DNA of 64,000 nt from an uncultured virus (IMG/VR IMGVR_UViG_3300024270_000037) (taxonomy: Duplodnaviria; Heunggongvirae; Uroviricota; Caudoviricetes), in the IMG/VR virus record IMGVR_UViG_3300024270_000037, one strand, 5' to 3'. Position numbers and translations under genes: made by a program. The notes beneath the pieces were generated by a model that did no database searches, was not told the origin of the DNA, and saw only the letters and a program-made list of their open reading frames with translations. Of this stretch, positions 21,001 to 33,541 are shown in pieces; within the stretch, counting starts at the first letter, position 1; every line of letters begins with the position of its first letter.

Positions 21001-23180
21001 ATCTCCGGTATTATACCTTGTTTCATATTCTCTAACAATAGTACCCATATTTTTATCCTCGTTTTTATTAATATTCTCAAGTTGAGAAATACATCCATCT
21101 AATACTTCAATGTCAAATTCAATACACGGATATTCAGATTTTATAAATTTAAGTTTTTCTTGAACACATTTTAATTGATAAATAATTTCTTCCATAAAAA
21201 TTTCCTCTTTAATTTTTATCTATAAAACTCTCAAATTGTTCTAGATCATAGATGTAAAAATCCCAACCATCAAATTCTTTAGTTGATTCGATATTAATAA
21301 CTTCATAATAAAAATCAGAATCCTTATTCCCGTATTCACTATAAGATATATTATACGGTTCATACATCCAGGCTTCTTTAAGCCAAATATATGCTTCATA
21401 TAGTGTATTGATTTCTTTACCTTCTATAATAACTTTATCTTTTTTAGCCATATATTCCACCCATTCATTAATATCAACATCTTTACATCTTAAATTAATC
21501 TTTTCAATTCGTTTAATAAAGCAAAATGGTTTTGTAATATAATATCCGATATTATGTAACCACCATTCAATATACATAGACAGATATGTTCTATTCAAAT
21601 ATAATTTTGGAAGATCTGAATAATATGATGTTACACATTCCTCATCTATAATAGATTTCATTTTAGATATGCTCCAAATATTATAACTATTTTCTATATG
21701 TAAATTCCTCATAATTATCTCCGTTAATATAAAGCTTCACCAATAGCTCCAGCTAACTTTACTAAATTACTAACTTCTTCAGTTGACATTAAAGTTATCT
21801 CCTGTAGACTAAAGGTTTCCTTAATAGCATAATATGGATTATACCAATTTTCATTACAACCCATTCTATTACGACCAGAAACCAATACAGGATTTTTAAT
21901 AAACTCCATAACTTTTTCTTTTTCAGTATTATGTAAAACTTCTATCATGTTAATACATCTCTCCTATTGATTTTAAATATGTAGATGCGTTTATCATAGA
22001 ACCGTCATGTTTGTATTCCATTTCTAATAGAGTTTCGATTCCATATTCAGTCCAATGTTTCTTTGGAAACTCATTATGCCAAACTCCAGTATTACACTCT
22101 GAACACATTTTAGGTTCTTTTCTCAAAGCATTTTTCCAATATCCACCTAATGAAGTATTATCTATACATCCACATTTTTCGCAAATGTATACACTCATAG
22201 CTTCACCTCTTACTTATATTATTCCATCTTTAGCAGCTTGTACAATATGATATGTACGATCAAGATGATCCTTATCTATAAATACTAAAGGAAAAGAATC
22301 ACCTTTTAAAATTTCAATAATAGTATCTATTGAACCATAAGGTTTTAATTTACTCAGCACATGAGCATATTCACAAGTATTATCACAATCTTCTGTATAC
22401 TGTCTATCATATCTAATATAACATTCATGACAAGGATTATACATATTCAATCTCCACACATTGTTTTAGTTTCATATTTCTACAATGGAAATCTTTACAA
22501 TATCCACATGACTCAGCAATTTTATTATGTTCCTCATCATGATTTTTAAAACATCCAATAGGTCTACCGTTTATCATTTTTCCGTTATAAGGAATGCGTT
22601 CAGTCATAACATAAATGCAATAATCACAACATGGTAAACATTTTTCATTACATAAAACCATATTATTCACCACAAATATATGTCAATACTTCTATTACAT
22701 CTAAAAGAAAATTCTTTTTTGCTTCATTATCTTCAGAGAAATTATCAGAATAGCAATTTTTTGCTATCCAAGATAATTCTTCTTCAATCCTAGTCTTAAC
22801 ATTACCATCACCAAAACTACTCATATAATTAACTCCATATCTTTCTTAAGATTACTTGTATAAAACCAGGTAATCTGTGTTTATTACCATTTTTAAATCT
22901 GACATAATAGTTAGTATAACTACAATTTTTACAACTATTATCTACACACTGATTGCTATGTATACATGAATTATAAAAACCAAGTGTACCAAAAAATCTT
23001 ATAGTAACATGTTTACTATCTAAAAGTTTGTCAATATCTATCATAGTTATTTCCTTATATGACTTTCCACATTTTTTACATATAAAATGACTACAGTCAT
23101 TCATAACAACTTTTCTATCAGGTGAATACTCAAATAAAATACCACCATGTATTCCTAATTCATGATCACAAAATAATTGA

Positions 23181-23966
23181 TTAAGTTTCATATTTAGCCT
23201 TTAATCTTGCAAGTTCTGCCAATTCTTTCTGTCGTTCTTCTTCCTCTTTTGCTTCACGTTCGAGTCTTTCTTTTTCATTAATTTCGTTAAGCATAGAAGC
23301 GTAGTCAATTGTATTTGGATCAAATTCTATTATTTGCCATTTAAATCCTACATCCTGATAAGAACTAGGCTTAGCTTTATTAAAATAATCAGAACATTCT
23401 TCTGCTTTTTTATAATCTGTAAAATAACCCACAACAGTATCACTATCATAATCATGCAATTCAACTATGTAAATAGGTTCTTTTGTTTCCAAATTTGATT
23501 TTGTATCGAAATGAGCATTAACACAATTTACCATACATTCAGAACTAGCAAAGTCTGCTTTAGATTGTGTTTCAAAATATCTATTATTCAAAAATTCTGC
23601 AACAGATTCAATAGTATTAAATACTTTAACACCATTAGATTTTAATAAGTTTTCAACTGCTTTAAGACTATGACCCATTTTCTTTCTAGACTCATCACCA
23701 TATTCTTTAAACAAATTAAGGAATATTGTCTTTTCAGGTCTTTTATTAGAATCATCCACGACTTCTGCAATAGAATATACACCATTAATACCAGTAGTAA
23801 TTCCATATAATACATAATCAGAAGTTTCTCTTTCATGTACTTCTCTTAATCTATCTTCTTCACTCCAATTTTCAACAATTGGATTATAATAGTCACAGTT
23901 TAATAAAGTCTGTAAGTCATCTCTCCAAGGATAACCAGCACAAGTTCCACCTAAAAATACTTTCAT
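23181..23966 (-). CDS. nucleoside 2-deoxyribosyltransferase-like domain protein with C-terminal extension
   Basis: KVFLGGT..WR..L..YYNP.V.NW...E...DYVLY.IT..GVYSIAE. Confidence 0.65.
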   Translation of the reverse strand: MKVFLGGTCAGYPWRDDLQTLLNCDYYNPIVENWSEEDRLREVHERETSDYVLYGITTGINGVYSIAEVVDDSNKRPEKTIFLNLFKEYGDESRKKMGHSLKAVENLLKSNGVKVFNTIESVAEFLNNRYFETQSKADFASSECMVNCVNAHFDTKSNLETKEPIYIVELHDYDSDTVVGYFTDYKKAEECSDYFNKAKPSSYQDVGFKWQIIEFDPNTIDYASMLNEINEKERLEREAKEEEERQKELAELARLKAKYET

Positions 23967-25992
23967 ACAGTTTTCTCCCCTCTAATTTCTAACTCAGATC
24001 TAGTATATTCATAGTTATATACATTGAATAATGTATTAACCATCATAAATCTATATGATCTATATTGACCTTTATCTAATCGTGAAATAATTTGTTCTTT
24101 AGTAGCTAAACGGAAATCATCATCACCATGTCCCGCAAGACAAAAATCTCCACATGCACAAACACAACATTCTCCACTACAATCAGAAAACATTTTCATA
24201 TTCAATATTTCTCCTAATATATTATAATGCTATTGGGTTTTTCATTAATGCTCCACAAAATGTACACCATTTACCAGCATCATGTTTATATACACCTCTA
24301 TGACAATTTGTACAATGAGGTAAAAGTCTAGTACCAACACCATCATCAAAATCATCCATCACCATGTCCCATTCAGCAAGAATGATTTCTTTATATGATA
24401 TATGTGAATCTATAGTATCTTTTATAAATGAAGGGTTATTAATCTTAAGATCAAGGTTTCTTCCTTTTGTAGGATAATTATTGCTTGAAATACAACTCAT
24501 ATAGTTTCTCCCCAACTTATTTATTAGCAGATAATGCTAAATCATGTAAAAGTTCACATAATTCACCGAAAGCTTTTTGTAACTCATACAGATTAAGTGT
24601 TTCTTCACTTTTACCATGTTCTCGCATAATACTATTGTTATATCCTTTATTCATACTAATATTATGATTTAATTTGTCTCTTAACTCTAAAAATTTAGAA
24701 GTTACTACTACTGCATCTTTAAACATATTATTCTCCTCTTATATTAATCAATAATTACTATCTGTTTATCTGGTTTATTATATGGATAATTACTATGTGT
24801 CCATGTACTTTCATATACACGTTCTATTTCATCATAACCAACATAAACTTCCATATCTTTTGGAAATTCTTCCAATTTTTTAATTAATTCTTCAACAGTC
24901 ATATTATCCCATTAATGGTTCAGAACCATCTTCCCAATTTGTACATTTATGACCTTCACCATTGTGTTTATTACATTCCGCTCCATCACCACAGCAACAA
25001 CCAACACAATGCTCTTTAAATCTTTCTTCTTCTGTCATTTTACCATAATATAAATCAAAATATCCACAAAATGAATAATGAATACATCCTTCACATCCCA
25101 TTTATTTCAAAGGTCCTTTTGATTTAATGATATCATTTCCTCTTAATAATACACATATACCTTTACTAAAAAGTATATCTATTTTCTGTTTAAAGGTTAA
25201 TTTAATATCAGTACCAAGAATTCCATTTATATAAGGATTATCAGCTTTAATATATAAATAACCTCTATCAGTTTTCTTGTCCATTGTTTTCTCCTTATAT
25301 ATAATCATCTTCATCTAAATAAAATGGTTTAACATATTTCTCTCTTAATTCATTTAAAATATTATCATCAATCTCTTTAGATTTTTTAAAACCTAATATA
25401 TAACCAATATAGAAGCTGATTGAAATAGATAACAATACAAAGGCAATAATACCAATTATAATTAATTTATTCTCCATTTTTATACACCTCTATATAAAAA
25501 ATATGTAATATACTAATAATTCAACACTACCGACAAACACTAATGCTCCACCATATCCAAATATAAGATATTCAAATGACCATTCTGTTTTTATTTTATC
25601 AGTCATAAATCTTCCAATGGTTCTAAAACATACTAATCCACTAATGATCATTACATATATTAATATTTTAATTTCTTTCATAAGTATATCCTTATATAAA
25701 AAATTTATATAATATGGTAGTAGTAAATTAAATCTTTACTACTACCATATATTTATCTCTTATTCAATATATCCTTCAATATACTGACCAATCTCTGGAT
25801 CTACTGTACAATAAATTATATCTTTATCTAATTTATTTTCATTCATCCATTGATTAAATTTATCTTTACTTATAATTCTTATATTTTTATCTGCAATTAA
25901 TAATTTAGTATAAAAATATACTTCATTTCTTATATATAATAATCTATCAATTTCTTCATTAATATCTTTAGCCATAATAATATATCCTCTTA

Positions 25993-28900
25993 TTATTCAA
26001 TATTATTAAAGGACCACAATCCAATAATTTCATCTTTAAACAAAGATACATCACTATTGAACATGCCATCATTTCTACTAACAAAGAGATTTAATCTAGG
26101 ATTAAAAATCTTATTATATTCTTTTTCTAAAGCTTTTGTTTTCAGACTAATAATATTCAGAATATCTCCGTCGAAGTCAGCGTTCAGTACACTTAAAATC
26201 TGCAGTGGCATACTCATCGTGTAATCTTCAGAAAACTCGTTCTTAATAGATTTAATCTTAACACAAAGCAAGGACCCATAATTAATCGTGGGGTTACGAT
26301 TAATCAGGATCTTAGGCTTTCTTTTCTTAAGAATAAAATTCATTACTTCATAAATTTTAGGATTATAAACTATACGGGCTTTAAACCAAGCTTCATAGGC
26401 TTCATTTTCAGTAATACCTGCCATCTTAACGAGATATGCGATTATCTCGTACTTATAAAGTTCCAAAACATTTTATTCATATAAGATTGTTAATCTTACA
26501 CCGTTATTTTAATAACTGCTTTATATTACTATAAAGATTAGACTATATCATTATCCTATTTGATGAATAGGATACTTTCTATTACTATCTTACACAGATA
26601 TATTAGTCGTTGAACGTTACTCTTTATTATTTTTATATAATAATGCATATTCTTCTTTTTCTTTTTTATAACTACCGGGTCGATTCATCATATCTCTTAT
26701 AGCACCTGATGTTATCTTATTATCAATCTGATCAGCAATATATTTATAAGTATATCCATCATCTCGCAACTTAAATATTTTAAATAAATCTTCTTTGTCT
26801 AATCCTCTTCTACTAGAAGGTATTCTAGATCTATCAATATCATAATTTGATGATATATGTATCCAAGATCTTTTATCTAAAATATCTGTTATAGTATGCG
26901 ACGGAATATTTAATTTTTTACTAATCTCAATAATAGATAACTCATATTTTACAATTTCTTTGCAAATTGCATGTGCCATTAATTCATCCATTTTAGCAAG
27001 ATGATTTTTAGATCCTTTAACACCATGTCTAGCTCCAGACGAAATAGCATATTTAGCTTGTTCTTCTTGAGTAGCCCATCGTAAATTAAATACTGTATTA
27101 ATAGCTTTACCAATCTCACTTGGAGAAGTTACAATTATATGGTCTACAGTCTTTTTATTTCCAGGATTATGAATAAAAGCTTCTGCTACTAATCTATGAA
27201 CTTTACACTGATACTTTACATTATGTATAGATAAATCAACTTGTTTATATCCCCAATATGCATTTGTTTTAGGTTTAAGTATTTTATTCTTTTTTGAATT
27301 TTTGATTCTACCATAGTCACTGATCAAATAATGAGTTTTTTCACCATTTATAAAAATAGGTTTCCATATTTCAACAATGATAGTATTAGAAGGTGTAATA
27401 TAACCATTTTTACTAATTAAAAATTCAGTATCATTACCATCAATATCTTTTAATATAGTATAGGTTTCTCCTTCTATAGGTTTTATCGTAAATTCGTATT
27501 TCATACTGTATCTCCTTTTTATATTTTTTTATAAAGAGTATTCGCTGCTGATTGTCCGTATAGGATTTCCCAGCAATTAAGAAAGTTTTTACATCATATA
27601 TTACTATATGAGGACACTTTTAATTTAATGCCATATAGTTAAGTTTTACTTCATCTGCTTTCAATTCAGGATCAGGAATAATAACCAATAATATTCATAT
27701 AAGTTCATTACTCTTATATCGTTAATTTAATAACAGCTTTATATTACTATAAAGATTAGACTATATCTTCAACTTATTATAATAAGTTGCTCTCCATTAT
27801 GATTCACTTGAATCTAATAGTCGTTGAACCTTACTATCTTTTTTAGATAGTCTTGGATGCTGATTATCTATTTCTAGACTTTCCAGCAATTAAAAGAGTT
27901 ACGTTGCATTATTTTTACAACGGCTAGAGAAATTAATCCAATAATATTCATATAAGTTCATTACTCTTATATCGTTAATTTAATAACAGCTTTATATTAC
28001 TATAAAGATTAGACTATATCTTCATCCTTTTATTAAAAGGAGCTTTCCATTATGATTCACTTGAATCTAATAGTCGTTGAACCTTACTATCTTTTTAGAT
28101 AGTCTTGGCTGCTGATTGTCCATATATGATGTCCCAGCAATTAAGAAAGTTTTATATACATATTACTATGTATAGGAACAATTAGTTTTATTCCACCGAG
28201 TATCTCCGATTTTATGAATCCATCCTTCTGGTTTATAAGGTCGAATACTAATTCCCATAACTGCATTAATTTTTCCTGAATTGTTGAAAGAATAGTAGCA
28301 ATGTCCATTCTTTCTCTTTTTTCCTTTGTCCATTTCTTTCTTCTCTTTTCATACAAGTCTGTATCATTTAACAGACGTGCAGACGAGAATATACTATTGT
28401 ATTTCTTATCAATCGTCGAATAAAAGAAACTATCATTTCTGAACGACACTGGTCTTAATTGTTATATTCATATAAGATCGTTACTCTTATACAGTTCTCT
28501 ATATAGAACTTCTTTATATTTCTATAAAGACTAGACTATATCTTCATCTTATTATTAAAGATGCTCTCCATTTCCATCTACATTAGGATGTACTTAATAG
28601 TCGTTGAACCTTCCTATAAAATGCATAATTATTTTTTTTATTTTTTAATCTCAAATGCGGTATAGTTGATATTATATAGTGAAGAGATATGTTTCCAATT
28701 TTTACCGTTAAGAATGGCATTAACTACTTTATATTTTACACTAGTTATATCAGAAATCTCATGTAATGTTAATTTATTTTCTTCTAATAATTTACACACA
28801 TGATGAATTTGTTCTTCAGTGTTTTTTGTAACAGGTCTAATTTTATCATAATTAGATATATTATAATTATTAGAAATTCGTAACCATGAATCTTTCCTTA

Positions 28901-30347
28901 TAATATGTCTAATATTGAATTCATCAACACCTGTTTCTTTAGATATTTCTGAAACCAGTAATTTATTTTCTTCCAGAAATCTACATACATGATGAATTTG
29001 TTCATCAGTATATATTTCACAACCTAATTTAGTATAATTACTGAAATCATAGTCACATGTAATATGTCTCCATGTATTACCACAATATATATCACGTATT
29101 GTTTCATAATCTACTTTAAATAGAGTTGCTATTTCTGAAATAGTTAATTCATTCATTGTAAATATCATTGATATATTTTTAACATCTTCTTCAGTTAATT
29201 TTGCTGCAGGATTATCTTCACCTCGTAATGGTTCTCGTAATTTAGTTCTCAGAGCATGTTCAGCTTGTTCTGGATATGTTGCCCATTCGAGATTTTCAAT
29301 ACAATTATCTTGTTTATTTTCTGCAGCACTTAAATTATGAATATTAATATGATTTACTGTTGGTTTATTTTCAGGGTTAGGAATAAATACCATTGCCACT
29401 AAACGATGTACAGAAAAATCTTTATCTACACCATTAAGTGATAAACCAACACGTTCATAATCTTTCTCTATACGAGTTTTTAATATTCTACCACTTTTAC
29501 CATTCATAATTCTACCAGCATCACTGACAAGATATATTGTCTTTTTACCTTCGTAATAAAATGGTAAAAATATTTCAACTATACGTTCAAAAAGTATTTA
29601 AAACACCTTCTTTAAATTAATTATTATGCAATTTATAGGGTTGGCTGCTGATTGTCTATTTCTAGAGTTCCCAGCAATTAAAAGAGTTCACTATATAAAT
29701 CACTTTATATAGCCGCATTAAAGATTTACGGAACTGAACACAGGAATACATGAAGTAAATACTTTATCTTTATCTTCTTCAATCTCTCTGATTTCTTCCC
29801 ATTTATTCTTTTTCTTTACTTTATAATAATCCAATATCTCTTGGAATCTTTCTCTAAATTCAATCAATCCAATTCCTCTAAAAGGATTACTATCTGTTGT
29901 CTTTTCTTGTACATGTCCATCTCTATCGATAAACTTATCATATTTAATAATTTCATTAAAAGTTTTATTACCAATAATAGATGCTAATTTATTATAATAA
30001 ATAGGTTGAATAATCTTATGATTATTAATGACTATCCAGCCGGTATAGCTAAGATCGACATCCCTAAACTCAATCTTAGTTTTACATTCAGGACAAATTT
30101 CTCCTTCGAAAATTTTACCTTTCATAGCACCACATGCACATTTAAAACGGTCAGCGAATGCATCTTCTCCATCTGACCAATCAGATGCAAACAGAGGTGA
30201 TTGGATACCATACATAGACTTAGTGTCTTTACCAGTAATTGCAGGTTCAGAAACAATGAATCCTCGACCTAACATAAGATCTAATTCACATTCTTTATCC
30301 CAATTAAGTTTCTCTAATTGGACACCTGTATTATTATTTTTGCTCAT
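25993..30347 (-). CDS. phage multisubunit RNA polymerase beta' N-terminal subunit, spliced from 5 exons (30347-29728, 28459-28190, 27938-27917, 27685-27628, 26468-25993), about 481 aa; probably the non-virion RNAP
   Basis: Joined exons give Zn finger CACG..CPEC, IPVFSSV|LRP, EILGG|MINFSSRC|VIIPDP..YMA|FLELY, NRNPTI and catalytic NADFDGD, collinear with RpoC. Confidence 0.9.
26469..27627 (-). mobile_element. group I intron 4 (HNH-encoding)
   Basis: P AATTGCTGGGAA, Q AATCAGCAG, R GTTCAACGACTA, S ATATAGTCT; P1 GGCAU/GUGUC with U.G; terminal G at 26469. Confidence 0.9.
26617..27504 (-). CDS. intron-encoded HNH homing endonuclease (NUMOD4/HNH with HTH-like C-terminus)
   Basis: EIWKPI..YLISDYGRI, VHRLVAEAFI.NP..K.TVDHI...NLRWAT. 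Confidence 0.88.
   Translation of the reverse strand: MKYEFTIKPIEGETYTILKDIDGNDTEFLISKNGYITPSNTIIVEIWKPIFINGEKTHYLISDYGRIKNSKKNKILKPKTNAYWGYKQVDLSIHNVKYQCKVHRLVAEAFIHNPGNKKTVDHIIVTSPSEIGKAINTVFNLRWATQEEQAKYAISSGARHGVKGSKNHLAKMDELMAHAICKEIVKYELSIIEISKKLNIPSHTITDILDKRSWIHISSNYDIDRSRIPSSRRGLDKEDLFKIFKLRDDGYTYKYIADQIDNKITSGAIRDMMNRPGSYKKEKEEYALLYKNNKE
27686..27916 (-). mobile_element. group I intron 3 (ORF-less, 231 nt)
   Basis: P/Q/R/S core present; P1 CGUUGU/GCAACG; terminal G at 27686. Confidence 0.88.
27939..28189 (-). mobile_element. group I intron 2 (ORF-less, 251 nt)
   Basis: P/Q/R/S core present; P1 GGAAU/GUUCC; terminal G at 27939. Confidence 0.88.
28460..29727 (-). mobile_element. group I intron 1 (HNH-encoding; apparent terminal A)
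   Basis: P/Q/R/S core present; P1 CCGU/GCGG; P10 pairing and reading frame place the 3' splice site at 28460|28459. Confidence 0.85.
28638..29597 (-). CDS. intron-encoded HNH homing endonuclease with three C-terminal HTH-like repeats (probable ATA start at 29597; first ATG at 29507)
   Basis: SVHRLVAMVFIPNPENKPTVNHIN...NLEWAT; frame open 30 codons upstream of the ATG with NUMOD4-like YLVSDAGRI. Confidence 0.85.
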   Translation of the reverse strand: MLFERIVEIFLPFYYEGKKTIYLVSDAGRIMNGKSGRILKTRIEKDYERVGLSLNGVDKDFSVHRLVAMVFIPNPENKPTVNHINIHNLSAAENKQDNCIENLEWATYPEQAEHALRTKLREPLRGEDNPAAKLTEEDVKNISMIFTMNELTISEIATLFKVDYETIRDIYCGNTWRHITCDYDFSNYTKLGCEIYTDEQIHHVCRFLEENKLLVSEISKETGVDEFNIRHIIRKDSWLRISNNYNISNYDKIRPVTKNTEEQIHHVCKLLEENKLTLHEISDITSVKYKVVNAILNGKNWKHISSLYNINYTAFEIKK

Positions 30348-30636
30348 AATAAATCACCTCATATAATATTATAAATTTTCTTTTAATTCTTCAAAAGTTG
30401 TCGTACTATCAATATATAAAGTATGTGTACGACTCATTGGTAGTGTATAATGTAAATATACAATACAATTTTCGGATTTAGCGATATTAATGCATTCTAA
30501 CAATTCTTCATCTGTTGGAATACAATAATCATCGCATATAAATTCTTTAATACGTTTCACATTAATCCTCCTCTAGTTGTATCCATTATAATGCTGTTAA
30601 AACGAAAATTATATCTTAAATTCCGTTCATATAAAT

Positions 30637-30649
30637 ATAATATATACTT
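30637..30649 (-). promoter_or_regulatory. putative early promoter variant AAGTATATATTAT upstream of the RNAP operon
   Basis: One mismatch to the 13-mer consensus. Confidence 0.55.
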
Positions 30650-33528
30650 ATAAAAAAAGATAAAAAAATAAAGAGGGAAATAAATCCCTCTTTATTTTTA
30701 TAAAAGTATATTAAACTGCAATGGTAATTGCTCCATCGATAGTATTCACACGAATAATATCATTATTCATATATCTATCCATCTTCTCATCCCATTCAGT
30801 CTTAGATACTTCGCACATCTTTCCATTGAAAACTTCTGCACATCCATCATAAATGATAATGTGAGTACCTCCGCTAATAACAGAAAGAATATTATATAAC
30901 TTCATGATGCATATTCCTTTCTTTATTATACCTCATATTATCCTTTAAAACTTTGGTTCATACTTTACAACAACTAATTCTTTCGTATACTCGACCTTAC
31001 CACACTTCTTACAAGTTCTACTCCATCTTTTTTCTTCTACCCTACGATAATCTGTTGCTTCTCGCCATACATGAACACCCTGTGTAACCGTTTTATATCC
31101 ACATGGTTCCATTTTAATCTCCGGGTCATATTTAACTTCATCCCATTCATGTGTACAATTTCTTTGTTCTGTTCTTAAAGCATTTAGCTTATCTTCGTAT
31201 TCTTTTCTCAGCTGTTCTTCTCTAGTCATAATTTAATCCTCTTTATTTTTTTAGAAATCAAAATCTAACAAGGCATATTCATGTACACTATCAGAAATAA
31301 TATCTCTAATATCAGATCGATTTTTTACAATATGCATCTGAATATAGACAACTTCAAAGTGATCCAATAGAAATTGAATTTTATCCTCTACAGGTAAAAT
31401 ATTCATTTCATCAGACAAAGGTTTAAGAGATTTACCACCATCATACCAAGAAATACTTGGAGAAATATGAATCTTCTTATCATCTGGGTCAACATGGAAC
31501 CATATTCTATGACTGTAGTAACTACCGTCATGAATAAGTCTAAATCTATCCCTTTCAGGATGATTCAGTAATTCAGTAATAAACTTGATTTCATAATCAC
31601 TATATAGCAAATCATGATTTTCAAGATATACTACCAAAGATGATTCAATTTTATCTGTCTTTAGAGCACGGCTTTTCCAGTATTCAATAGCTTGGAATAC
31701 ATTCTTACCTTTGAATTCATGAGATAAACCGACTGCCATTGGACTATTCCAGAAATCAACAGAGTCTTTAATACTGGAATAATTAATGAGATCATAATAT
31801 TTTTTACTCATAAATAACACCCTTCTTAGGCTTATGTCTTTTCTTTTTCTCAGGAATCTCACGATCCACAAACTCATATTCCTTAGAATCATAGTTATTG
31901 AACCCTTTATGAATAAGAGGTCCAATGACATATATGATAAATGCAGCAAATGTGGAGATTACAAAATAGAAAATAATATCCATATAATTTCCTTTCTCTA
32001 CGGGTCTAATGTGTTAAGAACTGTTTCAAAAGATTCACTTATTACATAATTGATAATATCTTGTTTATGTCTTTCAATTCTTCTCTCTAACAGATCTCTT
32101 TCTTTACTGTGTTCAGGATATTTGCTAAGACGTTCCATATCGTCTTTATATCTTCTAACGAAGTGTTTCAATCTTGGTGGTGAAATTACATATTTCATTG
32201 TACAATGCCTCCAATTTTAACAAGCCATTACTTGTAAAAAGTTTCCAATAATAAAACGCATGGCTTTCTTTACAACATCAATACTTGCCTGACGATACCA
32301 AGTGAAATCAAATGTGATTCCGTCATGCTTGAATATTCCACCTTGATTCTTTTCGATTTCTTCGAGATGCTCATATACAGATTTAGCTTCATCATATGTA
32401 CCAAAACATATGATGAAATGTTCTCCAGTATATTCCCAATCTCCGATTTTTTCTCCATTAGAATCGAGAATTTGGGTTCCAGCACCGACAGGAGGTCTGA
32501 TTCCATAAAGTCCTAAACGATAAACGGAAACATCCACTTTAATGCCACCATAACCAAAAATAGCAGTTTTGGTTTCGATATTTACACAATTAATCATTTA
32601 ATTATCTCCTTATTAAAAAGATGAAGTAATATTTGTTGCTGAAATTGTAATTTCACTAACTTCAAGACAATCCATTATTTCTTCAATATTAAGATGTCGA
32701 GGCCAATATCCAGTTTCAGCAACAAATCGTTTTGCTCTGATAATAGCATCATCAGATGTATCAGAGGTTACAGTAATTTTATATGGTAACATTTTATCAC
32801 CATATGGTAGCAATGTTACAATATATGTATTCATCACATCACCTCAAGATGAGCAAAGATTCTATCTTCACCCATTTCAGTATGTATAATCTTTCTTTTA
32901 CCAAGATCAACAGTTACAGTACATTCACCATAAGGAATTGCTTGTGCCCGTAAATCGATATAGATATTATCAATGTCAGCTTTCAGCATACTGAGATACT
33001 GTACAGGCTTATGTGTATCCTTTAATCTGACTGTACCTGCAATGAGCCAGAAAACACCATCGATTTCACAACCCTTGTTTTCTCGATCTCTGATACCCAG
33101 AGAAGGAACATTTTTACCGTCAACCCAATCACATGCACTGGCGATAAAAATTTCAATATTTTTAGTTGCTTCATAAAGCTTCTTGATATGATTTTCCATA
33201 GTTTTTTCCTCTCTAAATTATCATTTAGTCAAATCTGTCAATTTTGTAAACTTCTTTTCATAATGATAAAGAATATCGCCGGAATGAGTATGTCGACCCT
33301 TTTCATTTACATACCACTTATGAACAGATACACAAATCACATTATCCTTTGACGAAAGGATAGTTGCCTCATCAACTGCTTTCTTCGGATCGAAATACGT
33401 ATTGATATAATCAAATGCAACTTCAGCACCATTTACATAAATAATGCTTTTAACATCTAACAGATAGTATTCCATATTTATTTTCCTTTCTTGGTTTACT
33501 GAGTTTTCCTTCTCATATTATTATATTA

Positions 33529-33541
33529 ATAATATATATTT
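33529..33541 (-). promoter_or_regulatory. putative early promoter AAATATATATTAT
   Basis: Exact match just downstream of a terminator. Confidence 0.65.

Larger units (their letters stand above)
16083..25975 (-). other. block of about 35 tightly packed small hypothetical genes, many Cys-rich zinc-ribbon or membrane peptides
   Basis: Contiguous minus-strand ORFs of 50-260 aa with RBS and overlapping stop/start codons. Confidence 0.8.

Noticed and set aside
27818..27836. TGATTCACTTGAATC in introns 2 and 3 resembling the array repeat
   Set aside because: It is a short intron hairpin; the 7-9-nt similarity is expected by chance in AT-rich DNA.
28141..28449. Stand-alone 102-aa ORF (likewise 29718-30347 and 25993-26466 as separate genes)
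   Set aside because: These are exons of one intron-split RNAP gene; the first two run into intron sequence at their 3' ends and the last starts at an internal TTG.
31251..31949. 232-aa ORF start as given in the track
   Set aside because: The upstream part overlaps a separate ~59-aa membrane ORF (about 31804-31983); the likely start is MSKKYY near 31811.
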